Below the pieces are notes generated by a model. The model saw nothing but the letters and a program-made list of their open reading frames with translations, was not told the origin of the DNA and searched no databases. This document shows, piece after piece, positions 1 to 11,300 of a stretch of DNA of 64,000 nucleotides; position 1 is the first letter of the stretch, and each line of letters starts with the position of its first letter. The DNA comes from Bugula neritina (taxonomy: Eukaryota > Animalia > Bryozoa). The translations under genes and the position numbers were made by a program. The stretch is taken from contig OZ037770.1 in NCBI GenBank assembly GCA_964035545.1, forward strand, positions 15,056,642-15,120,641, read 5' to 3'.

Positions 1-290
1 ACATAATTTTGTAATTCATAAAACTGCAGCTAATGGACGTGAATATTATTATAGCAATTTTAAATATTGAACTTTCAAAGAAAATTACTTTTGACGTTAC
101 CTTGTTCAATCTTAATTTAAAATTAACTTTATCGTAATTACATATTTTATCTTATAGTGCCTAGAATGACAATTGATTTTTAAGCATTTCGAAGATTTGG
201 TAAACTTTTGAGATTTTGAGACTTATATCATTATAATAACTATAAGGCTAACCATTTGAAACAGGAAATGTCAATGTTATTGAAAAATAA

Positions 291-383
291 TTGCCCCCAC
301 TGAGAATCGAACCCGAGACCTCTGGCTCGCAAGCAAGTGTGCTAACCATTACACCACGGGGACCACTGGGTAAACTCAACACT
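291..383 (-). mobile_element. tRNA(Ala)-like SINE head or tRNA pseudogene, family 1
   Basis: The reverse complement reads GTCCCCGTGGTGTAATGGTTAGCAC...GGTCTCGGGTTCGATTCTCAGTGGGGGCA: A box, B box, paired acceptor stem and a TGC anticodon loop, but the anticodon and T stems are mismatched. It shares a ~20-nt non-tRNA leader (TAGTGTTGAGTTTACC) with the copy at 30301. Confidence 0.7.
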
Positions 384-1214
384 ACAGTTATTATTGCAAT
401 TATTGTTCACACGCAAACAATATTTACCACAACACAATAAGTATAAATTTTATTATAACTACAGCCATAGGAATAAGTAGAACTTTGATTGTCAGTGTAA
501 CTGAGTGATTGCAATACTTATTCAAACTGTAACTACACATCATCATGATAATAACAATAAGTATAAGTATAAGTCTAAGAGCATAAGTATAACTATAAGA
601 GTATGATAAAAATGTGGCGTTGACGACTGTACATTTACTTGGTGATTTACAGTATTACTATTAGTATGACTATTAATACTGTTACTTTAGACTTAGTTTT
701 ATATTTACAATTACTATTAATATTAGTAATACTAACAGTAATAGTAAATAGTAAATACTAATAGTAATAGTATTACTATTAGTAATACTAATAGTAATTA
801 CTAATAGTAATTACTAATTAGTGTATTTAAATTCAAACATTTATTTTTAGTTTTTCTTACACTTACAGTTACAGAATACAGTTAAATCTATTAGTATTTT
901 TAAGCTCAGTCATGTTACTGTTAGTGTCAATAATAAATTACATATTTAGTTATTTTAATTTGCTATATTCAAAATCAAATTCAATATGAAATGAATTTAT
1001 TGAAATTGAATGAAGAATAAGAATGAGAATGTCAGTGATTCATTCAAACTCAAAGTCAATACTTATACTATAAATATTAATACTATCATCTATAATTCGA
1101 AAGTATGGGCAGTGACAAAAATGGAAAGTAATAACTAAGCTAAACTAAGAGTAAGACTTGCTGTAAAAGTCTTAATTCACAATATTTTTGATTTAATATA
1201 TTATTATTTTCACT

Positions 1215-1377
1215 CCTCTGCGCACGTGGTAAATTGTTTTTGAGTCGCAATAATGAGCCTGAATGGACAATTCGTTGCGCATGTACGCCCACTATAGAGT
1301 GTGTCAAGGCTGAATTAGCGGAAACTACCAGTCGTAATTGACCGCATCAAATCAAGCTGTCCCCAACAAGCGTTCTG
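1215..1377 (+). promoter_or_regulatory. Probable eIF4G promoter and non-coding first exon
   Basis: CpG-containing patch in AT-rich DNA with GCGCACGTGG (E-box) and TGCGCATG, ending at a good donor CTG|GTGAGT (1378). The next acceptor, TTTCAG at 2369, precedes the start ATG. Confidence 0.45.
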
Positions 1378-2399
1378 GTGAGTGAAATGTGACTTGAAAT
1401 AAAAATCCTACGTCATCCTGTTAATTCATTCATTTTCAGCGTTAATTTGACCCAAACAATGTATATTATTGCTTATTAATAAATGGTATTGGTGTCTGTT
1501 ACAGGGACCAGCATGGGTTTTAATCAGTAAAAGTCCATTTCCTTGGAACATCGGACATTCACATTGATTGGAATTGAAACAATCCTCATTATAATATTTG
1601 CATGTAAGAATTACATAAATGTCACGGTATTAGTTGCTATGCCACAAATATTTATACTCTATATATTAGTTACTTGCTAATAGGTTTATTGTATCAGAAC
1701 AATTTATTTTTGCGCAAATTTAAATTATTTGACATTTTCATTTCGACTTAGTTTCAGTTTCACTGCTAGTGCCAACGCACCACTCTCGCTGTGAGTTTTG
1801 AGTTTAGCCCAAGCGGAGGACGATTGTAGTCTATTTATATAAAATAGTTTTAATTAATCTTAAATAAAAAATAGAATACTAATAGTAATAGTAGTAGTCT
1901 AGAGTATGAACTCATAGTCATTTTGATAAGTTTGCCAAAGTGGTCTCAAAATGAAAATCGAGTCACTAACATAATCTGTGATGTAAGAATTACTGTTAAC
2001 TGAGTTACTATTTAGAGTTAGTAACTTACTATCAGTTAACATTTTCAAAGGATTCACTTATACTTTGGTCTACAATCATTTTCCTTACAAATTCATTCTG
2101 AAAGTGCATGTAATTGTATGCCAATTCGAACTATGACTATGCTTGCTAGTAGTAATAGCATCAGTAATTAGAAACAATTCGTTTGATTCAATGGAAAAAA
2201 TATCCATGCTGTTCTGGACTTGCTTTAGAATGTAGATAGTCTCATGGTATATTAGTAGTTTTATGTGAGGCAAGTTTTAAAATCGTCACATATACCATTA
2301 AAACTGAGTGCCAAATTTTGATTATTTGATAGGAAACAGTTTAAACTAAACTCTGCTTTTCTGTTTCAGCTCTGTCACTTCATCAAACAAGAACGGAAT

Positions 2400-5300
2400 A
2401 TGGCGTCTTTTGCGCCAACTGGCAGACAGGTTTGTTAATAGAAGTTCATCATTGCAAGTGGCTCATTTTTTTGGTGACTGGGCATCTAATTTATTAATTC
2501 AGAATGCAAATTCAATAGGAAAATACAGACAGCAATCTGTTCTTTTCGGTGAAATGATTCTGTATTATTGTAAACCAGCGTTGTAATTTTAGGAGTGTTT
2601 TATTTTATTTAGTGCATTGGCACATATGGAAAAAAGTTAGATTACTTAAAATTCATGAGCATCTAACTTTTAGTAGTGTTCTAGTGAGTTTAGAGACGCT
2701 CCTGCTACAATAACATTCAGCTTCCTTTGCCAAAATGTCAAATCACAATCTAGTTTTCCAACAGTGAAAACATGATCTTGAAAGACACTTTTTATGGCTA
2801 CGAGATGAACACAAACCTGTGTTATTCACTAATAGTTTGAACAAAAATTAGTGAATTTAATTTGGTTTATTTGTCAACACTTCAAAGCAGAAATATTCGT
2901 AGCTAGAATTTTATTGAATGAATGTATCAAGTGAAAATTAAAGTGAAGTAACCATGAAAACTTGTCTCTACTTTCTTTCTCTTCTCATGATTTTATTTTT
3001 ATCTGGTAAGTTTATGTAATTTATTTCGATCTGCTTTAGTTACACCAATAGACGGTAGTTTTCAGGATACACTTTGCTCCCCTTTTCTGTAACATATCTT
3101 TAGGGTATTCAGTTTATGGTAATATTACAGCTGGTTTGTGGCTTTAGTTGAAAACTATACTTGTGTGACCTTTGCTAGCATATAGAGCTGTTAACTGCTG
3201 TTCACTCATTGCAGGGTCGGCCACCCAGGGCTCAGCACCATAACACACACCCAAGAGGGCAGCCCCAAATGCAGCCTCAAGCAATGCCCATGCAAGCACA
3301 CATGCCGCCCTACATCTATATGACTACCAACATGCCGCAGGTGGGAAAGCTGTTTTGGTCATGGTTGTGCTGTTAGTTCTGGTAGTGTGTCTGAGACTTG
3401 TGTTGGTGCTCACTCTAGGATTATCACCATTGAACAATTGAATTGGATTTTTCGCTGCTGAACAAACATGGTAGAAAGTGACCTAATTGGCTGATTTCTG
3501 TTTAAAGTGCCGGTTTTATGTTTTTATTTCAACCAATTGTACATTTGATTCAGATTTGAAAAGGAAACAGTTTATAACAAGGCAGTAAAGTCACTTGGCA
3601 AATACAATTGTTCAATTGAGTTGATGTAGCTGTATGTGAATAGGAAGGTTATTATACTATTAAGGGGACTTGTTTTAATCTAATACTAAGCAGATTAAAC
3701 ACAATCTACTCATAAATTGTTTATTATTCTGGTGCTTTTTTATTTTGGGGTTTTGTTATCGGTTCCCCTCACCCCATCAACTCCATAAAACCAGCTGGTT
3801 GGAATTGCTCCCTCAAAATTCCCCTCTTTCATCTATTCTTGGCACCTTTTCTATGTGTTCACAGTTAATATTGATCTTTGATAAACTTGTTTATTTATGC
3901 TGGGAAATCCAGTCTCCAACTCCGTTGGCTCACGTGTGCTTCGCGTGACGTAACGGAATGATTCACGGCTTTGTGCTCCTATGCCATGTCTATATTCACA
4001 ATGACTTGACACTATTATGGCGGCGCAGTGTAACCACGGCACCTGCTTGTTCTGTATGTACCTCATCTTCCACATCACACTGGTAGCTCTCTACCTGTTA
4101 TGTTAGGGCCATAATTACTGTGTGTAGCTGTACTACTGGTATACATTGCTGCCTATACCCAGTTAGTGTCATCTAATACTACACCAGTACAGGTTACTAG
4201 TGTTCCCGACTACTGAATGAAGTCTGCCCGCGTGTAACTTGGACATAATGTATTATTTACAGCTCAGTGTGTGTATATAACAGATGCTGTGTACTAATTA
4301 GTCAGTTATTCATCTAATCTTTACTATTATATATTTTCTGGCTACTGCATGGGATTGATTAAACTGAGTAGACACTGCTACTTCTATTACCACTAGTACT
4401 ACTACTACTAGTACTAGTACTACTACTATCACTAACACTACTAGCTCTACTAATACTACTACTAGTACTACTACTATCACTAACACTACTAGCTCTACTA
4501 ATACTACTACTAGTACTACTACTATCACTAACACTACTAGCTCTACTACTACTACTACTACTACCACTACTAGTATTACTACTACTAGTACTAGTAGCTC
4601 TACTAATACTACTACTAGTTCTTTTAGTAGTACTAGTTCTACTGTTGTCATAGTGATCATAGTTGGCAATAAGTTTTCTGGGAAGCCATTAGCCAGATTA
4701 GCTGTACTCCTGTTATTTTAACCTGGTCATAGTTGTACGAGTTTATTAGACATTATGAGGTGAATATTACCATAGAATATAATTTATAGTCAACTCTTAT
4801 TTTCTTGTTTGTTTTCCTTCATTTCATTGTGACTTTGGGAACCACAAGCTAAATTTAGGGTGGTAATTCCCTTTCAGTTACATAATGTTTGGGTGCACTG
4901 TAATTAGCCTCAGCTGTATATAAAAGTGCAGTATACCACCAGCAGCCAGATGGTCTAGCTCTCTGGGAGATCGTACGGTAGCTGAGTTCTGGTGCAGTGT
5001 TTGAGTAACTAAGAGGTGCATATAATAACACTGGGCTTTAAATCCGTTAGCACCCGGCTCCTTGGCTCTCTCTTGTCCAGTTACGTAATCGCTATTGTCA
5101 ACCTGGTCTATTCATATAAATAGAGGGTGGGGGTTGTTTGATGCCCCCTCCCATGCCTAAATGCTCTGAGGCTGTTCAGTGATGGGTGGCCACTGCTTAG
5201 CCTTAGGTCTTGTATCCTCTCACAAAGTATCCACACGTACTTAGTAGTGTATCCAGCATTCACCTGCTAGTAGCTTTCTCACTGAACAAAAGGCCCTTTT

Positions 5301-8300
5301 CATTCAGAGAACTGGCTCTAAATTTCTGCTAGTTAATCCCTGATATGTGTAATGCCCATGACACACTACAGTCGAAACTCGACTGTGGCTGCCATTTTGG
5401 AGCTGCTCGCGCATACCTTCAACGTCACGTCCTACTTTTTGCTGGTCACACTACAGTTCACTACGAACGATGAAAGCTAACTGTCTCTAGTCTCGCAGTA
5501 AACTTGTAAACCAATAGGAATGCCATAAACCAGTTTCTGCAGTATCCACAGTAACCAACAATTAAATTTAGCGCAATTTTTTGAGATTTACTAGCATAAT
5601 TTAATAAGATTTTCTAGTTATTTTTATTCTAATTTACTAGCTTCAATTATTCAAAATTACTAGCTTTATTTAATGATATTACTTAGCTTTATTCAAGCTC
5701 ATTCACTAGCCTAAAGAACTAAATAGTACGCTAATAAAATTCAACCAAATTAGAAAAACTAAATATGCAGATAAAATTCAGCAAAATTTATCTAATGAAT
5801 ACTTATTTTCATGATTTATTGAAACTTTCATACATAAACTGTTCATAATTATTTTAAAAGTAAAATAATATAATTTTCGTAGAACCAAATCAAATAATAA
5901 TGCTCGCTAGTAGCACGTGGAAAAAGTAAAAGCACTTAACCAATCATGGTTTACCTGGCCAGTCAGTGATTGGCTGATCGCTCAACTTCAGCGATGACAG
6001 TTCAACATGTCGAACTTTCATCGCATCGCTAAAAACTGACAGTTGCGTTCAGAAATCAGACAGTTGTGACGTCACAGAGGTCATCGCTTAGCCTCGAAAA
6101 CGCGTTCAAGATGGCCGTTTTGACTGTAGTGTGGCAGCCCCATAAGCCTGCACAGATATAATGTTTCTATAAGCAGCTCCGAGCTGGTGGTGAATGAGTG
6201 CAGTAGTTTGGGAATCTCGAGTTTAAGGTTAGGGACACAACTCCAAACACCAGACACCCCACACACACACACACCCCACACACACACAAGTGTGGGGGTT
6301 TGTGTGCTGCAGACATCTACCTAGCAACTTGGGAATATCCATCTCAGGGTTGGTGCAGGACCTCCTATTTCTACAGTAACCTGAGTTGCAGTTCAAAGGG
6401 AGTATAGAATGTTAGCTCGGTTTCCCAAGCCATGTGCTTTTGCGGTCTTTATTTCCTCAAAGTAGCTACTAGCTTGCAGGTTGTTGCTAGGGAAGTCTGA
6501 TGGACTCAACTCACTTGATTTGCTAACAATAATGATGCCATTCAAATGTCGAACCCATTCAATAGTGCTTGCAATATGACACCAGAACTCTAGAAGTTCC
6601 CTCGTTATGAACTATTACTACTACTACTTCTACTACTAGGAAGAAGTAGTCCCTTTTATGTTGCGTAAAGCAGCAACAATTCCTTCATTTCTGTTGAATT
6701 TCTTTTACTTAAATCGCCTGTATTAAAGTCTTTAAACCTCTGGGGTTCCTGTCAAGCCTCTAGCTTAGCTAGTCTTTGTTGGGGGGGGGGGGGTTAGGGG
6801 TTACGATTTACTCTGAATCTTAGCCTACCATTCCTGACAAGAAGTGACTTTGGTGTTGAGCATTTCCTAAACAAGTTGTGACGTGTGCCAAAGTTGTCCT
6901 CTCTCCCCACTTGTCTAAATGCAAGTGTTTGTCTAAAGGCCTGGCTTCACACTCGTAAGAATCACACGAAATCGTGTGACAATTTTCGTGAGTTATCCTC
7001 TCGTTGTGATCGGCCACATACTCGTCGGACGAAACACATAATAAATAGTCTGTTAATGAGTCATCCACGAGATACAAACAGCAGAAAATTGCCAAATAGA
7101 GAAACGTGATAGAAATGAAATAATTACTGTTGCTAAAATTCTATTGACCGATCAAATGGTATTTATCGTTGATTGTGCTTTTTCGTCTTCGTTGTGTACA
7201 CCCAACGAAGATGATTTCGTTTAAATTCTCTCAAATTTTCTCCTACGATTGTGTTTTAGTGTCAAATGGACGATTTCATGTAATTCTCACGAGTGTGTGG
7301 CCAGGCCTTTACATTGTGTGTGGTAAATAAAGTACGTAGTAAAATTTTGAAGGATGGCTTCTCTTTTTATCTGATAACCTTTGCTGGTTTGATTGTTTTG
7401 TTGAAGAAACGACAGTTCTAAGAATGTTTTGGTATATCAATATATATATATACATATATATATATAATATTAATATTATAATAGTATTACTATATATACA
7501 TATAATACTATGATAATATTACTATATATACATATAATATTATAATAGTATTACTATATACATATAATATTCTGATAGTATTACTATTTCTGTTTGGCAG
7601 TTTCCGAATCAGCAAGCATATATCCAGGGTTATACAACTCCTCAATTCATCTATCAACAGAATGCTAATCCTACAGCTATGGGCCAGCAACCAGGTGCTA
7701 GCGCCTGTAAGTATTCTACTTAACCTTTATATACTTACCTCTGTATACTTACCTCTATGTAATTACCTCTATATACTTACCTGTGTATACTTACCTCTAT
7801 GTATACTTAAATGTGTATACTCACCTGTGTACACTTACCTCTGTATACTCACCTCTCTATAAAAATGGAGAAAGTTTCCAGTATCCAACACATTCATTCT
7901 CATTCAACTCATCAAATCTAACACAGTTGTGCTACATGTTAAGGTGAAGCAGTTTTCATCTGTTGATATATTGGCTAATAATTTGACAGTTTCTGCATAT
8001 ACTAAAGAGACGGGTTACTTGAGGACTTGATCAGTGCATTTAGTTGGTGGCTCAACAAGTTTGGTGCATTTTTTGGATAAATCAGTTATGAGATTGAAAC
8101 TTGACTATAATGGAAACCAGGAAAAATTTGCACCAGCTTTATTGTATGCAAGACAGCATAATAGAGTTATCCCCTCTTATTGTCTCCAAGGTGATGAATG
8201 TAGTGACCTGGGTAGAATTATAAACTTATTCTAATGTCATACATCTACTTGGATGCCCTGATATTTGGCTCCACTTGTTTCGTCCTTCAGTTTATGTAAA

Positions 8301-11300
8301 ATTTCACTGTGAAGCTGGATAAGAGAGTAACTGTTGCAGTAGGGACTGCTTCTCATTTCTCCAATCTCATCCTCCTTCCATTTCTAAGCATGTGTTTGTC
8401 CAGCTGACATTTGCCAACAGGTTGACAGCAGTGTGCGTATAGGAGTTGCTCTTCCTGCGTCAGTGTGCAGCTGTCAGTTTCACACACAACTGATTGCTGC
8501 TATCATAGTTAGTCCTATATTTCACATCAGTCAGTCAGTCGCTCACCTTACCTCACCAACGTCTTTCTCTCTCCCTCGGCTAACAGCTAGTATAAGTAAG
8601 TTAGTCGTGTGGCTGTCTAAGGAGTCATGACCTCCGTGTATCCTCAGCATGCGCTAGTGCATTGTGGGCAAGCTCTGGTCATTGCAGGTATAGTATAGTG
8701 TTATCCTGTCTACAAACTCATATTTCTCCAGTTGATGTATGGCTCCTGCTCCTACAACACGTACAGTGGTGATTTTAAGAAACTAGAATACTCATCTCTT
8801 GGAAATTGTCGAGACTAGAAATCATTTTAAAACCGCCATATCTGAATCAGTGTTTCATGCTTTTGGCAATGGAAGGAATAATTTGATGTGTAAAATTGGG
8901 CGTTACTCGAACTTGTCGGTGTCTATAATTGGTTGGTGTCCAAGATGTGGCTGTGATCATCTGATCAGATGCTCTGAAAGGCTGTTCATTCTGCTGGAAC
9001 TCTCTGGGAGTTGTGTGCCCCTGCAGCTCTTCTCCTGTACTTGCAGATTACACTCAACAGATGCAGATGGCTACCATGAGCAGTCAAGTTCCCTCTAATC
9101 AGATCAGTCAGCCCCAGCCCGGCAGACCGCCTTCAGCGCCTGGCATCTCCTCCACTCCTGCCACTCCGCACCCAGTCATGAGCCAGTCGGTTGGTCCCAC
9201 AGGGGTCAGTCAGTACACCCCTGGCACCCAACAGCAGCATCCTCAGCCGCAGCTGCCTACCCCCTCCCAGGGATACCCTCTTCAACAGCCGCCCCCGCAC
9301 CAACCTGCCCAGCAGCAAATGAACACACAGGCCGGCCAGCCGGCTCCCCCACGCTACACACAGGTTAGTAACCCCTCTCTTCTCCACTCCTGATATACAT
9401 GCTGCTTCCCAGTATGACTACCAGTCCCTCTACTAATAGCTGGAGTTGTCATTCTCTCACTTTAGTGCTGCCTGACATTTCCTTAGCTGCTGACTCTATT
9501 GCGTTACACGTGAGGGAACAGGAGTTGTGTTATCTTGCTGTAGTATCAGTCCGTTGCTGCCAGCTCATGTCTGTCTGTTACATTGTATATGCAGCCTCCC
9601 ATGCAACCACTGCGAATGCCCCCTCAGCAGCAAGTGCCCATGCCGCAGCAACCCCTTCCAAAGAGGGCTAGGAAGCCACTGCTGATAGTCAACCCCGACA
9701 CTCACGACATCGTCAACAAGGATGATGTGGACGCCTCATCCGACCCAGCAGCGCCCTCTGACCCCGTGCCTGCCAGAGAGTCTCTTCCCAAGGTGATTGG
9801 TTACTCTAGTACTTACTCTACTAGTTCTCATGTACTTACCCTACTAGTTCTCATGTACTTACTCTACTAGTTCTCATGTACTTACGCTACTAGTTCTCAT
9901 GTATTTACTCTACTAGTTCTCATGTACTTACCCTACTAGTTCTCATGTACTTACTCTACTAGTTCTCATGTACTTACTCTACTAGTTCTCATGTACTTAC
10001 CCTACTAGTTCTCATGTACTTACCCTACTAGTTCTCATGTACTTACTCTACTAATTTTCATGTACTTACTCTACTAGTTCTCATGTATTTACCCTACTAG
10101 TTCTCATGTACTTACCCTACTAGTTCTCATGTACTTACTCTACTAGTTCTCATGTACTTACCCTACTAGTTCTCATGTACTTACTCTACTAGTTCTCATG
10201 TACTTACGCTACTAGTTCTCATGTATTTACTCTACTAGTTCTCATGTACTTACCCTACTAGTTCTCATGTACTTACTCTACTAGTTCTCATGTACTTACT
10301 CTACTAGTTCTCATGTACTTACCCTACTAGTTCTCATGTACTTACCCTACTAGTTCTCATGTACTTACTCTACTAATTTTCATGTACTTACTCTACTAGT
10401 TCTCATGTATTTACCCTACTAGTTCTCATGTACTTACCCTACTAGTTCTCATGTACTTACTCTACTAGTTCTCATGTACTTACTCTACTAGTTCTCATGT
10501 ACTTACTCTAGTAGTTCTCATGTACTTACTCTACTAGTTCTCATGTACTTACATTTCAGGAGGAAGTCAAACCCGAGTCCGCTGCCAATGCAGCCGTTAA
10601 GAATCAGTTTAAAGCCCTGGTAACCTCCAGGCTGCAAGGTGATGAACCTGCAGAGAACACTGCAGCAGTGCCAGCTGTGAACGGAGATGTAGAGCCAACC
10701 TCAGCCACCATACAGTCCGCTGTTGGTCCACAGGTACGTCTCCTTCATGACATCACTTCCTTCACTCCTCTCTGATTCAGATCTTGTGGTGAATGATTTA
10801 AAAAATATTCTCTGTTTATCAACTGTTGGCATGATGTCTTCTCTCACAACTCACTGAGTATGTTTGGTTCAGGACGAGAACGATCAGGTGAATCTCGTGT
10901 CTAGCACGTCAAGTGATAAGGCAGCGTCACTAGACTCCCAGCCCGCTGCCCAGGAGCAGTGTGCTGTCATCAGCAGCTCCAACAAAGAGACGGAAAGTGC
11001 TGCCGACATCACTACTCCAGCAGATGCTGTGGACTCTCCACGAGCAGCTGAACAGGTCCCTGCTGACGTCACCGTGACACCTGCTGATACGGCAGCACCA
11101 GCTTTGGAAGCTGTCTCCGTTACAGACCAGGTGTGTGCCTTTCCTCCCACTGCTTTCTTCCTCTCCATAACACAGAAATCATGTAGACAGAGTTGTTTTG
11201 TTTATGTTAGATTTAGTTTATTTTGATTTTGATTTAGTTTTATGTTTAATTTGGTTCGCTGCTGGTTATAATACAGTTACATGGCCGCACTTGTTGCATC

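Noticed and set aside
291-365. Functional tRNA-Ala genes at 291 and 30323
   Set aside because: Anticodon and T stems are mismatched and the copies are mutually degenerate; better explained as repeats or pseudogenes.
4310-4669. 119-aa poly-Val ORF
   Set aside because: Translation of an (ACT)n repeat on the antisense strand of an intron.
9809-10552. Regular repeat arrays as CRISPR
   Set aside because: Units are contiguous with no unique spacers, there are no cas genes, and the context is eukaryotic.
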